A DNA stretch of 63,880 nt, filler included, from Octopus bimaculoides (taxonomy: Eukaryota): NCBI RefSeq assembly GCF_001194135.2. It is 7 parts of 6 records of this genome, joined end to end, with 100 filler letters (N's around TTAATTAATTAA, not from the genome) between each part and the next. Parts side by side here need not be neighbours in the genome. Positions count along the whole stretch, not along the records: positions 9,448 to 15,578 come from NC_068999.1; positions 15,679 to 25,758 come from NW_026374060.1; 5 more parts are not named here. One strand, 5' to 3'. Below are positions 11,072-24,894 of this stretch, one piece after another. Under the pieces are notes generated by a model. The model was not told the DNA's origin, did not search any database, and saw only the letters and a list, made by a program, of their open reading frames with translations. The stretch's first letter is position 1. Every line of letters starts with the position of its first letter. Both the position numbers and the translations under genes were made by a program.

Positions 11072-11464
11072 GTCTAACTATCTATCTATCTACCTATCTA
11101 ACTGTCTATCTGCCTGTATGTCTGCCTGTCTGTCTACCTGTCTGTCTCTCCCTCTATGTATCTGTTTCTCTGCCTATCTTTCTATCTGTATCTCTATCTG
11201 TCTTTCTGCCCGCCTGTCTGTCAGTCTGCTTGTCTGCCTGCCCGTCTGCTTGCCTGCCTGTTTGTCTGTCCGTTACTCCATCTCTCTGTTTATCTATAGT
11301 ATCTCGTTATACGTACACCCATGAGAATGTTTAGTTAGAAATATGATAGACAGTTTTGAGTTTTGTCTCTTGGAGGTCCAGTTATAAGTTTATCTAATAT
11401 CAGATGATTTTTTTACTTCTTTACCTCTATATTAGCATCACTCAGTCTCTCTCTCTCTCTCACA

Positions 11465-11523
<59 letters not shown>

Positions 11524-11887
11524 CTGCTTTTCCTTCATCTTCCTTNNNNNNNNNNCTCTCTCTCTCTCTCTCTCCTGCTTTTCCTTCATCTTCCTTTTCC
11601 TCTCTTTTTCTTTCTCCTACCCTGTCTTATTCGTACGCCATTATTTGCTCCCCTGTACCTGTCCCAACAACGATCTAAATATTAGCCAACCGCTTTGCAA
11701 ATGCATACATACTTGGTCTCTAACGCTCACACATCATACTCAGATGCAAACACACATGTACACGCATAGACACACAAGTATGAACCTCTGCAGAACGAGC
11801 AAGTCATAAATTTATAAAACACATTCATATATTTACCGATACGCATACGTCTATATGGCTGGTATACATGTTTGCACAATGAAAGGA

Positions 11888-11947
<60 letters not shown>

Positions 11948-12693
11948 CGCTCGCTCGCTCTCTCACTCGCACCTCTTTCTGTACACGTAAATGTAAGCAC
12001 ACATATAATAATGCATGTCTTTGTACACGCGTGCACCCCTCCACACACACACACACACACACACATACACTCCCATTCAGACATATGCGACTGTGTTCAA
12101 GTAAAAATTAAAGATTTTAAAGTTAAATTTCTGTTATACTTATGATTCGTTTGGGACAAGGTGTTCTTAAATTACTTTAATCCATTAAGGTTTCAAGATC
12201 TCGGCCTCAACATCAGAGTGAAATGATGGTTATAAAAGCATGTTGTTCGCGTACTTTGTAGAGATCATAAGTTTGATAAGTGTAACACATGTATCTCTTG
12301 GTCCTTGAGTTACTTTGTAAATTCTGTCGTTTGCAGATAATGAATTAAACACACACATACAATGAATTCTATTTATCCTGTTTGTTCCATCAAACCTTCC
12401 TTCTCACCCAATCTCTCTCTATCTCTCTCCGTCTTTCTCTCTCTCTATCTCACCCTTTCTTTTTCTCTGTATATACATACATGCATACTTGCATGCAGTG
12501 TATCTTTTACTTCTTTCAATCATCATTAGCTATGCTTAGGCATCCCCCCTTGAAACATTTCAGAGGAGCGACTCCAGTACTATAATTTTTGAATGTCTGG
12601 TACCTATTCTATCACTCTGTTTGGCCGAACCGCTAGAATTCGGGGATGTAAACATAGCAACACTGCTTCTTAAATGGTGACAGGGGGAGGGAG

Positions 12694-12770
<77 letters not shown>

Positions 12771-13311
12771 NNNNNNNNNNNNNNNNNNNNNNNNNNNNNN
12801 NNNNNNNNNNNNNNNNNNNNNNNNNNNNNNNNNNNNNNNNNNNNNNNNNNNNNNNNNNNNNNNNNNNNNNNNNNNNNNNNNNNNNNNNNNNNNNNNNNNN
12901 NNNNNNNNNNNNNNNNNNNNNNNNNNNNNNNNNNNNNNNNNNNNNNNNNNNNNNNNNNNNTATATATACACTATCGGGCGTCTTTTAAGCTAGTATATAG
13001 CTTCCATCAGAGTCCTATCCCAATGATGATCACATTCGTCGCAAAAAAAAAAAAAAATCATGTAAAAAAAATCACCGGAAACAATTACAGTAATGAAAAC
13101 ATAGGAATCCAAAATTTCAGGATTGCAGGTCCGGATTCGGCACGGAATGTTTTAATTTACTCATGGAGTCAGCCTGATTCCAAAATGGTATGATATGTGG
13201 ATTTAAGACAAGCTGGTAGAATCATTACCGTGCCGGACAAAATTGGATATACATGGATTTACATGTAGTGTTAAGCAACGGTTAACTGTCATGCTATTTC
13301 ATTCGAAATGG

Positions 13312-13402
<91 letters not shown>

Positions 13403-13912
13403 TACTTTGATCCTATGATCCTTCGATGACTTCAACCCAAAGACCAAAGATATTCCCCTTCAGCCAATAACAAATTTTTCGTTCAATTACTTTCGATGAA
13501 AATTGCCAATCTGCTTCTGTAATAATCCCTCACATTCTCTATACATTATACAAAGAAATTTCCCCTACATACTATGATTCTTTTAATGAAACTCATTTCA
13601 CAACCCATGCTGCATAAATTTGCTTGTAACCGTTTTCTCTTAATCAACCAAGTTTTGTTCCACCTATCTTTCACCTCTCTTCCCCCGCCCCACACTTCTC
13701 TCGTTATTGTCCCCTAATGATTGATACTTTCTCCTCTTTCTTTCAATGATTCGAAAAGTTTCATAATGTAACGAAACAGTTTGAAATCTGTCAGTGTTTA
13801 TTTAAATAATTACTTTTGAAATCAGCTAAGTCAAGACTTCATTTCCATGGTGGCTTACTGATTTCCCACGAAATAACACTTTCATATCCATCACATTCAC
13901 GTTTTATGTAAC

Positions 13913-13943
<31 letters not shown>

Positions 13944-14102
13944 TACATGTATGCATGCATGTGTGTATCTATGCATGCATGTGTGTATGTGTGTATGCAT
14001 GTACTAAATTTTTACAAGGAAAAGTTTGACTGTGACTTCGAAGTCATTGTCGAAACTTTTCATGTAAAAATTCAATAAACATGTAATATCCTTCAGTTTG
14101 AT

Positions 14103-14167
<65 letters not shown>

Positions 14168-14298
14168 AATAATAGAGCACTCAATCGGTATTTAAAAGGT
14201 ACGAGTTCGAGACTGAACTTCTTCTAAGTGGTGCCCTAGCATGGCCGCAATCTAATGACTGAGACAAGTAAAAAAATATCTACATGCATACATCCATA

Positions 14299-14371
<73 letters not shown>

Positions 14372-14692
14372 AAATGTTTTCCAGCCATGGAGGTGGAGTT
14401 AAACTTGCGACGGGCGGACTGTTGTCTCGTTCGGAGAGGAAGAAAATTATAACCTCAGTCACATCCACACCCTAGAAACCGGGTTCAGCTCCGGCCTTAT
14501 GAATCCTTTGGTTCATGAGAGATCTACACATGACTGTGGAATATTCGGCCACTTACTGATTACACCGTGTAACGCGATTTTTGTCCGTGGGTAGCAACTA
14601 TTATTTCCTATTTGCTCATCCTTAGAAAATATGAAAAATGGCTAATATTTCCTTCAAAATTTGCTTGTGTTACATTTATTCAAACCCCTAAG

Positions 14693-14855
14693 AATCCCTC
14701 TCAACACATGATTACGATGCTCGCCCCTACTACTCCTGCTCATGACCAGAGATGCACATATTGTGAGCCATTACGGGACATGCTTAGTGGTGAAGGTCAA
14801 GCAACTGATCAGCAAATCTGTGGTATTGCGCAGAATATTTGCTATAACGATATTT
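14693..14855 (-). mobile_element. Internal fragment of (AAT)n-tailed repeat family E
   Basis: Reverse complement aligns with 18745-18900 (CAGCAAATATTCTGC...GAGCAGAAGTAGTGGGGGAGCATC). Confidence 0.7.
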
Positions 14856-15678
14856 CTGCTTCAGCAACCCAGCGCTGAATCTGTCTGAAATGTAATGGAA
14901 AATAAATCAGTTTTAAAACATTGATGTTCGAGTCACAAGAGCAAAGTTTGAAGGGAATAGTAGTCACTTCTCTTGATTTCTAGATAGAAGCAAATAGGAA
15001 ATAACACTTAGTGACTAAAGACAAAAACAAATTAAAATTTTGTTTCACAGTGTTATATAAGTAGGTAATCCAGTCGATCGTACGACTGAATATTAATAGT
15101 TGAAACCAACCGAGACCGACCGAGATTCATTTCCATATACATGCATAGTTACCAGCCACAAGGAATCAATACATGTTACTATGAGGTCGTTGATTAATGC
15201 ATTTTTAATTAGTATTTTTCTTTTATGCTTAAAGTGACGAGATTCCTATAATTTCATCATTTTGTGCACATGATGTCATCTTCGAACATTTTCCATCTTC
15301 ATTTTTAGTGCAATGGACATAAAGATCTTTCGACCAGAAGACGAACTTCCTCTTTGAGTTCTACACAGCATTAGTATACCACTTGCTCTGCACAGAGGGA
15401 GGGTGCCATTGTTATACTCAATGGGGGTATGTCAGGTGTTTTATTCACTAGAATAGCACGTGCTGCTCCGTCGAAGTGTATCAAATGTTCTACTCAGCAG
15501 GAGTATACGACATGCTTTACAAGGGTGTAGACACACATATACACACAAACCTATATATATATATATATATATATATATNNNNNNNNNNNNNNNNNNNNNN
15601 NNNNNNNNNNNNNNNNNNNNNNTTAATTAATTAANNNNNNNNNNNNNNNNNNNNNNNNNNNNNNNNNNNNNNNNNNNN

Positions 15679-15737
<59 letters not shown>

Positions 15738-15788
15738 TACATACATATACATATATATACACACGCACACACACATCTATATATATAT

Positions 15789-15950
15789 CGACGACGGATT
15801 TCTTTCAGTTTCTGTCAACCAAATCCACTTACAAGATTTTCGTCGGTTCGAGTCTATAGTAGAAGACACTCGGCTAAGATTCCACGTAGTGGGACTGAAC
15901 CCGAAACCATGTAGTTGTGAAGCATGCTTCACACAACCACGCCTGCGCCT
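15789..15950 (-). mobile_element. SINE family C
   Basis: Reverse complement of the family C head, core and tail. Confidence 0.75.
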
Positions 15951-16251
15951 AATATACACTACGTAATAAAATTTTTATAACATTATATATATAAAACGTT
16001 TATCTCTAATCATTTATAATTTGTTTATAACGGTTGAATTCGAAGTAAATAAAGATATACATAATAGCGTGTAAATACGGTTGTCAAAGAGACAACCGAA
16101 CATTACACATTACAAATCTTATGCATATCGGTATTTTAATCTAATGGTGTTTCAAGTGCGTATTTTTAAAAATTATTCCCTAATTTGTGTTTTTCCATAA
16201 TTCGCATTCCCACCGCCCAAGTACACGCATATTGATACACACACGCACACG

Positions 16252-16304
<53 letters not shown>

Positions 16305-16344
16305 TCACTCACTCACTCACTCACTCAAATATACACTTTTATAT

Positions 16345-18030
16345 TATATATAAAAGCGCTTTTCAAACCTTGCTATGCGGACAGCTTTGGCACATACCTT
16401 TTGCTTGGTAGTTTCTATGGTGGTATCGATGTCAAGTACGGTTTTCATATTATATTTTTTCTAAGTAGCTGAATTTGTGCTGAATACGCTCTTGCCAAGT
16501 AGGCTTTTTGTGGGAATGCTGTCGTTTTCTAATCTTTTCNNNNNNNNNNNNNNNNNNNNNNNNNNNNNTCACAACACAGAATCGTTGAGATTTTCGTGGG
16601 TGCATAGTAAGGGGGAATGATATCTGTAATGCCAACATTTTTAGCTGAAATTATATCCTTAAGTGCGAGGCGGATTTTACCAATTACTTTCAGGTTTTGT
16701 TTAGAGTTGCGAATTTTTGGGAGAGTGTCACGTTCATTCATACTGGTTTCTTTAATTTTCAGCCATTCAATCATGATTTGATTTTTTTAGATCATTTAGT
16801 TCAGTTGGGTCAATTTCTGTGTGACTTTCATCATCAATTTGATTTTCATCTGCCTTGGTGTTTATGGTTGGTTCAGAGAGTATTTCACTTTGCTTATCAG
16901 TTACATTAACTCTTTCAATCATTACTGCATTTCCATCAGACCTGGGCTGGTCTATAATTATTTCCTCTGTAGCATCTTCTTTAGCTGCAAATTCGTTCCC
17001 GTTATCTCTTACTAATTCAGTTAGTAATTTCTTTTTCATAAAGTTTCTTCGTGTTTTTCATGATGTTTCTTCTGACGTTGGCAAGTCTGTTACTGTCTAT
17101 GTAGGGTCTTATTTCGAGTTGCTTCTGTCTCCAGTTTAAATGGATTTATTCAGAATTAGATTTATTTGTGGGGAAATACATGGCATGGTAGAAGGCCTCA
17201 AGAACTTCATTCTTTTTCTTTTCGTTATTTGATGACGAGCGTGGATGGCCATCTGTTGGAATATTCCCGTTGTTGGTTACTTCAAGCTCCTGTGTTTCAG
17301 GAAGATTTGAACCAGTAGCTAATGTTTTGCATCCAATCTGGTTCCTCATTGGGGTACGTGACCCTTGTTTTCTCGGGTGACGGCCGATCCAGTTTGTATT
17401 CTGCTTTGTTATCATGGAGGGATGACGAGCTTGGACGTTGACATTAGGAGACGGACCTGTCTGTTTAGGGTTAATCTTTTGAGACAACACCGCTTCCAAG
17501 TTCTCTGAATGAAAACATTGCTCGTAACATAGCTTCTTAAGACTAACATATCTGTATTCGTCTGTACTTTTTGTTGTTGTTAATAGATTTATCTCCGGGC
17601 ATAGTTCTTTGTAGTGTTTTTAAACGTATGAATTATTCATTTTTGTCTGTGTTAGTTCGAAAAATAAAAATAAAAATTTTGTTATTTTTTTGCTTCATGT
17701 GTAGTCCTATGGGTATCAAAATGTACATTTGATTGTGTAGACATTCAAGTGTATGTGTAATTAATCAATTTGCGCACTTACTGCTTTGTTTCACTTATAT
17801 TTTATAACTTGTAAACTTTGCGATGTTGATTTCGCATGTGATTCACGCATGTTTCACTGAGACATCGTGTATAGGAGAAACTGTGCTTTGTATGGCAGCA
17901 ATATTTCGTTTTGTGATTATTTTTGTTAAAATTCCGCTTCCTTCAAGTCTTCCACAGGTTCCTTCGATTAGATTTGCTTTTGAATGGAGAGTCCTTCTCT
18001 GTTATTCAGCGCGGAGGTCTTCTCTGTTGT
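16345..18030 (-). mobile_element. 5' portion (UTR and N-terminal ORF) of an R4/Dong-like retrotransposon, decayed
   Basis: Minus-strand pieces NEVLEAFYHAMYFPTNKS, KKPTWQERIQHKFSYL and IETTKQKVCAKAVRIARFEKRFY resemble the Dong/R4 N-terminal region. The 5' end abuts an (AAT)n tract at ~18035-18073. Confidence 0.6.
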
Positions 18031-18033
18031 TGC

Positions 18034-18073
<40 letters not shown>

Positions 18074-18083
18074 NNNNNNNNNN

Positions 18084-18195
18084 TTTCATCATTTCGGGGT
18101 TGATTAAATAAGTACCAGTTACGCACTGGGATCGATGTAATTGACTTAATCCATTCCTCCAAATCTGAGGCCTTGTGCTTCCAGTAGAAAGGATT
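18084..18195 (+). mobile_element. SINE family B 3' half with (ATT)n tail
   Basis: TTTCATCATTTCGGGGTTGATTAAATAAGTACCAG...GTAGAAAGG then ATT repeats. Confidence 0.75.
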
Positions 18196-18279
18196 ATTAT
18201 TATTATCATTATTATAAATATTGCTAACGTTGTTTTTTTGCTGTTGCAGCAGTTGTTGTTCTTGTCATTATTATTATTT

Positions 18280-18540
18280 AGTGAGAGAGCAGTGCATGCC
18301 ATCAAAGTGACACTGGAGTAAAATATACGAAGCCCAGTAAACCCATCATAACGACCCGTCTGATAAGGGTACACCAGGCACATGCATCACAACCATATGT
18401 GCGCGACATGGTGATCTCATATCAAGATGAACAGCTCATGACCTTGCAGGTCGGGCCCAGTTAGAATTTTCTTCAGGTTGAGTAACCCATCCTGTTCAAA
18501 AGGTCCCTGAATAAAGGATGTTTAAGGATGTCGAACGAAA
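18280..18540 (-). mobile_element. Repeat family E, 5'-truncated copy
   Basis: About 90% identical (by eye) reverse complement of 18938-19197; ATT tail on the left. Confidence 0.85.
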
Positions 18541-18563
18541 TAATAATAATAATAATAATAATA

Positions 18564-18644
<81 letters not shown>

Positions 18645-18647
<3 letters not shown>

Positions 18648-19198
18648 CCCTGACGCAGTACCAGACAGTGGCTCTCATGGCTTCTGGTCTTAATTGATTG
18701 GAAGTGCTATCATGTACATGTTTTGTCTTGGTATAAAAGATGGGCTACAGCAAATATTCTGCTCAATACCACAGATTTGCTTGTCAGTTGTTTGACCTTA
18801 ACCAGTTGAGCATGTCCCTTGGTGGCTGACGATATGTGCATCTCTGATCACGAGCAGAAGTAGTGGGGGAGCATCATAGCCATATGTTGAGAGGAATTCT
18901 TTGGGGTTTGAATAATTCACCTTTGGAAACATGGGTGTTTTGCTCAACATCCTTAAACAAACCTTATTCAGGGATCTTTTGAGCGGGATCGGTGTTCGAC
19001 CTGAAGAAAATTCTAACTGGGCCCCACCTGCAAGGTCATGTGCTGTTTATCTTGATATGAGATCACCATGTCGCGCACATATGGTTGTGATGCATGTGTC
19101 TGGTGTACCCTTATCAGACGGGTAGTCATGACGGGTATATTGGGCTTCGTATATTTTACCCCAGTGTCACTTTGATGGCATGCACTGCTCTCTCACTC

Positions 19199-19246
<48 letters not shown>
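18645..19246 (+). mobile_element. Repeat family E, longest copy (~555 bp plus (AAT)16 tail); probable non-LTR 3' UTR or non-autonomous retroposon
   Basis: Four related copies in the window (14693, 18280, 18645, 29515). The three that include the 3' end finish at CACTGCTCTCTCACT or its equivalent followed by AAT repeats. No coding motif seen. Confidence 0.75.
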
Positions 19247-19297
<51 letters not shown>

Positions 19298-19524
19298 GAT
19301 GATGATTTCTTAAGCGCTAGATGTTGTTTGCCTAGAGCTTTGTTACAAGAACAGGAAAGCTCCTGGCTTAGTGTGCATCTCTTTGGCTATGACAGATATT
19401 GGATGTGGTGGAGTGTGAGCTGCGTGATAGTTTTTCATTTTTTGTCAACACCCTCGAGTGTACTTTCTTCTGATTATACGCTGAAACACCTAACTCCGTG
19501 GGCTGATACTAACTGAATGCACTC

Positions 19525-19556
<32 letters not shown>

Positions 19557-19984
19557 GCGTGTGTATATTATGTATATATACATATATGTCTATACATATA
19601 TCTTTACACACCACAAACACATAAACACATACATATATGTATGTATGTATATATATATATATATGTATATATATATGTATATANNNNNNNNNNATATATA
19701 TATACACACACACATATGCATGATTGTGTGTATGTATAATGTTCTGCTCATGTATATTTTGTTATTTTGTTGCACATTCATTACGTATACACGATATTCA
19801 TAATTTAATGGTACTAAATTCATATGATACAGTATAAATTTACTTGATACATTTTTTAATATCTTCTCCAATAGTATACATACATTAATTTAACATGTAC
19901 TTATATACGTGTGTTTGTATATGTACCAGTGGTGGCATGCGCGTGCGTATATATATAATATGCACACACTCAAACTTTATGCAA

Positions 19985-20050
19985 TTTGCTCTGATGAACC
20001 CATAAGCTCTGGTTGTACGGTTCCTTGTAACCGAAACAGCTGTAAGCTAA
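19985..20050 (+). ncRNA. Degenerate type-I hammerhead ribozyme-like motif
   Basis: GCT-CTGATGA-(35 nt including hairpin GGTTGTA/TGTAACC)-GAAAC-AGCT-GTA-AGC. Both core boxes intact, palindromic stem III, weak stem II closure. Confidence 0.5.
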
Positions 20051-20464
20051 TGAAGGTGAATACTTAACGCCTGTTCTTTTGTCATCCATTTATGACGTGT
20101 GTATGTGTGTATGTGTGCGTGTGTGTGTGCGCGTGCGTGTGTATGTGTGCATGTGCGTGTACGCATAAACATTTCTCCATAGACTGAGAAAGTTATCAAA
20201 TCTTACGAGGGCCTCATCAGAGTTGTGTGAATCATTTGACTAAACTCCCCCAAAAGAGTAGCCTGCCATTTATATATACATCATATGCAGTAGCTTCAGA
20301 GATCTGGAGCTATTTTGCATACTACTTTGCATACTGTAAGAAAGTTTTTAACTCTTAATATTAATCTTCAAGCTCTTTAATAAGTAGCTATTTTCTGTCT
20401 GTTCCTTGAGCATGCACATTCGCTAAATATTTGACACTCGAACGCAGTAGCGCAGCTAGAGGCT

Positions 20465-22726
20465 GGTGGTTGACTGCCTTTCCAGAGAGCCATGAACTGC
20501 TAACAAAACTTTACAACAATGTTTTGCAATAACCTAGTATGATTCTTTCTTGGCTAGTTAATGGTGTAACATTCCAACTTCCAAAATATGAAGAAACAAA
20601 TGAACCAAAAAATTATAGACCCATAACCTGCTTAATAACATTGTATAAAATACTAACATCTGACTTGACTGAATATACCTATAGTTTTTTAGTAAAAAGT
20701 GGCATATTCTCTGATGAGCAAAAAGGATGTAAACGTGGGTCCTATGGTTGTAAAGGTCAGCTACTCATCAATAAGATGATATTGTGTCACAAACGACACA
20801 AAAACTTGTCGATAGCCTGGATAGACTATAGAAACATTTTTGATAGTCTACTACATAGCTGGATTAAGAAATGGCTGGAAATGTATAAAATAGCACCTAC
20901 TCTGCGAAACTTCTTGTCTGTAAGTATGAGATCATGGAGAACCACACTGACTTTAAACAGTGACAATGAATCTCTCAATGCTGGAGATGTAGGAATTTCA
21001 TGTGACATTTTCCAGGATGACTCTCTATCACCACTCTTCTTTTGTCTAGCCTTAATACCTCTCTCGAAATTGCTCGATGATGTACAATATGGCTATAAAA
21101 TGTTTGATAAAAATATAAATCATCTCTTTTACATGGATGATTTAAAGCTCTTTGCAAAAAAAATGACCAACAACTACAGAGCTTACTAGCAATTGTTGAA
21201 CAATTCTGTGATGACATCAGGATGCAATTTGGCCTCCATAAATGTGCAAAAACTACTTTTATCAAAGGGAAAATGATAGAAACATCCAACGCTAATCTTG
21301 ACTAAAAGAATGCCATAAAGGAGTTTGAACAAACGGAGAGCTACAAATACCTAGGGGTATTTGAAGGTGATGGAATCAAACATTCAATGACAAGAGAAAG
21401 GATCAGAAGAGAATGTTATCGCAGGGTAAGGGCAATACTCAAGACAGAGCTGAATGCAAGAAACAAGATCGAAGCGATTAATACTGTAGTCATACCGATC
21501 GTGACTTACAATTTCATTATAATTAACTGGTCAATTAGTGAAATTTGTAATCTTGACAGAAAAATACGAAAATTGTTGGCAATGCATAGAATGCACCACC
21601 CTAAGGCAGATATGGAACGACTTTACCTGGCAAGAAAAGAGGGAGGCCGTGGACTTTTACAACTGGAACTAACAACGAAGATTGCCACAATTGGCTTCAA
21701 CACCTACCCGAAAATCTCTGATGGCTGGATGTTAAAAGTTGTTTTAAAGCATGAAAACAAGAAAGCATCATATTCAGGCAAAGGAATATCTAAGTGAATT
21801 CCAAATATCACAAATCCCATAATTAGACGTAGTGGAAACAAGCACAGAAAAAAGTTAATAGTATGAAAACCCGTGCTAAAACTGCTGCCTTAGATATTCT
21901 TACTGATAAATGGCAAGAAAAACCTCTCAATGGCAAATACCCAAAGAGAGCTAATAATGCCAATGTTGACAGAGCCCTTACCCATCAATGGTTAATGTCT
22001 TCTGGCTCAAAATCAGAGACAGAAGGGTTTATAATTGAAGCCCAAGATCAATGCCTACCTACAAGGAACTACCAAACATGTCGAAACATGTCGTGTATGT
22101 GAACAACACAATGAAACCATTGATCGTATTGTCTCCATGTGCAGTCTTCTTGCGCCTACAGAGTATCTCAACACGCATGATAGAGCAGCACAGTACATTC
22201 ACTGGGCAATTTGCAAAAACCTGGACCTGCCCCATGATAAAATCTGGTGAGAACACAAACCACCTCCAGTACTTGAAAATGATCACATCTCACTCTTCTG
22301 GAACTTCACTATTCAAACTGACAGAAAGATAGATTCGAATAGGCCAGGCATTATATTGAAAGACTTCAGACAAAAATCATGCCTCCTCATTGACATGACT
22401 GTCCCAATCGACATAAATGTATCTGTAAAGACCTACCAAAAACTGAGCAAGTATAAAGATTTTGATATAAAAATTGGCAAAATGTGGAACCTCAAGATTA
22501 AAACAATACCTGTTGTCATAGGTGCCCTAGGAACAATAACAAAAGGGGCTGATTCTTATCTAGCTCAGATACCAGGAAACCCCAAAATGGCAGAAATTCA
22601 AAAGATAGTGCTCATGGGAACTGCCCATATCCTACGTGAAATACTGTCTATGTAAACTCAAATTTTATAACAAACTTATAATTTTCTTATGTTTTCTTAA
22701 ACATTCTATAGAACAATACTATGTGC
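20465..22726 (+). mobile_element. R4/Dong-clade non-LTR retrotransposon (family D2): RT plus RLE endonuclease, 5'-truncated and frameshifted
   Basis: RT motifs NYRPITCL, EQKGCKRGSYGCKGQL, QDDSLSPLFF, HLFYMDDLKLF; RLYLARKEGGRGL; CCHC remnant CRVC..HNETIDRIVSMC..H; RLE motif NRP.II....IDMTVP...KLSKY; C-terminus IQKIVLMGTAHILREILSM*. Confidence 0.92.
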
Positions 22727-23610
22727 NNNNNNNNNNNNNNNNNNNNNNNNNNNNNNNNNNNNNNNNNNNNNNNNNNNNNNNNNNNNNNNNNNNNNNNNNN
22801 NNNNNNNNNNNNNNNNNNNNNNNNNNNNNNNNNNNNNNNNNNNNNNNNNNNNNNNNNNNNNNNNNNNNNNNNNNNNNNNNNNNNNNNNNNNNNNNNNNNN
22901 NNNNNNNNNNNNNNNNNNNNNNNNNNNNNNNNNNNNNNNNNNNNNNNNNNNNNNNNNNNNNNNNNNNNNNNNNNNNNNNNNNNNNNNNNNNNNNNNNNNN
23001 NNNNNNNNNNNNNNNNNNNNNNNNNNNNNNNNNNNNNNNNNNNNNNNNNNNNNNNNNNNNNNNNNNNNNNNNNNNNNNNNNNNNNNNNNNNNNNNNNNNN
23101 NNNNNNNNNNNNNNNNNNNNNNNNNNNNNNNNNNNNNNNNNNNNNNNNNNNNNNNNNNNNNNNNNNNNNNNNNNNNNNNNNNNNNNNNNNNNNNNNNNNN
23201 NNNNNNNNNNNNNNNNNNNNNNNNNNNNNNNNNNNNNNNNNNNNNNNNNNNNNNNNNNNNNNNNNNNNNNNNNNNNNNNNNNNNNNNNNNNNNNNNNNNN
23301 NNNNNNNNNNNNNNNNNNNNNNNNNNNNNNNNNNNNNNNNNNNNNNNNNNNNNNNNNNNNNNNNNNNNNNNNNNNNNNNNNNNNNNNNNNNNNNNNNNNN
23401 NNNNNNNNNNNNNNNNNNNNNNNNNNNNNNNNNNNNNNNNNNNNNNNNNNNNNNNNNNNNNNNNNNNNNNNNNNNNNNNNNNNNNNNNNNNNNNNNNNNN
23501 NNNNNNNNNNNNNNNNNNNNNNNNNNNNNNNNNNNNNNNNNNNNNNNNNNNNNNNTATATATATATATATATATATATATGTACATATATGTACAAACAT
23601 CATTTTTGAA

Positions 23611-23702
23611 GCGCTAATGAAACTATAGGTTGATACAACAGCTCTCAACTATGAGTGCATGAGTGCATTGCAACTTATAGCAGAAACAGCTCTAAGTTAA
23701 TG
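23611..23702 (+). ncRNA. Decayed hammerhead-like motif, same family as 19985
   Basis: CTAATGA, 10-bp stem II (CTATAGGTTG/CAACTTATAG), GAAACAGCTCTA, then AGTTAATGAAG like the 20045 flank. Two core substitutions. Confidence 0.4.
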
Positions 23703-24894
23703 AAGTCCGTGGCATAATTGCTCATTCACTTGTTGTTTATTGAATGGCTTATTACTGCTCTGTACAACTGATGTTCCTGGCAGTCAGCCGTTCATAAAAA
23801 TATATGCACGCCTGATACCATCATAAAAAACAATTGAAAACGCATTTCTGTCAAAACGGGGGATCATAAAATAGCTTCAAAACAGGTATAGTGTGTACAA
23901 TGTGTTCAGCCATTGTACAAACAGGTTATAATGTTTATTGTACACAACCGTTTGTTTTTAAGACATTCTTCACACATACATACACACACACACATACATA
24001 CATGTATGTACATATACAAACACACACTCACCCATAGACATTCAAACACACATTTAGCTTAAGCTATAAAAGTCAATACACACACACACATACGTATATA
24101 TATATANNNNNNNNNNNNNNNNNNNNNNNNNNNNNNNNNNNNNNNNNNNNNNNNNNNNNNNNNNNNNNNNNNNNNNNNNNNNNNNNNNNNNNNNNNNNNN
24201 NNNNNNNNNNNNNNNNNNNNNNNNNNNNNNNNNNNNNNNNNNNNNNNNNNNNNNNNNNNNNNNNNNNNNNNNNNNNNNNNNNNNNNNNNNNNNNNNNNNN
24301 NNNNNNNNNNNNNNNNNNNNNNNNNNNNNNNNNNNNNNNNNNNNNNNNNNNNNNNNNNNNNNNNNNNNNNNNNNNNNNNNNNNNNNNNNNNNNNNNNNNN
24401 NNNNNNNNNNNNNNNNNNNNNNNNNNNNNNNNNNNNNNNNNNNNNNNNNNNNNNNNNNNNNNNNNNNNNNNNNNNNNNNNNNNNNNNNNNNNNNNNNNNN
24501 NNNNNNNNNNNNNNNNNNNNNNNNNNNNNNNNNNNNNNNNNNNNNNNNNNNNNNNNNNNNNNNNNNNNNNNNNNNNNNNNNNNNNNNNNNNNNNNNNNNN
24601 NNNNNNNNNNNNNNNNNNNNNNNNNNNNNNNNNNNNNNNNNNNNNNNNNNNNNNNNNNNNNNNNNNNNNNNNNNNNNNNNNNNNNNNNNNNNNNNNNNNN
24701 NNNNNNNNNNNNNNNNNNNNNNNNNNNNNNNNNNNNNNNNNNNNNNNNNNNNNNNNNNNNNNNNNNNNNNNNNNNNNNNNNNNNNNNNNNNNNNNNNNNN
24801 NNNNNNNNNNNNNNNNNNNNNNNNNNNNNNNNNNNNNNNNNNNNNNNNNNNNNNNNNNNNNNNNNNATGTATGTATGTATGTATATATATATAT

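Noticed and set aside
11510-11595. Direct duplication across a 10-N gap (also 35250-35340)
   Set aside because: Unmerged contig overlap, an assembly artefact.
17930-18030. Possible HDV-like ribozyme at the 5' end of the Dong-like element
   Set aside because: Could not assemble P1/P2/P3 pairings by eye; needs a descriptor search.
20165-20226. Minus-strand CUGAUGA...GAAA motif
   Set aside because: Stem II does not close, there is no stem I pairing, and stem III is poor.
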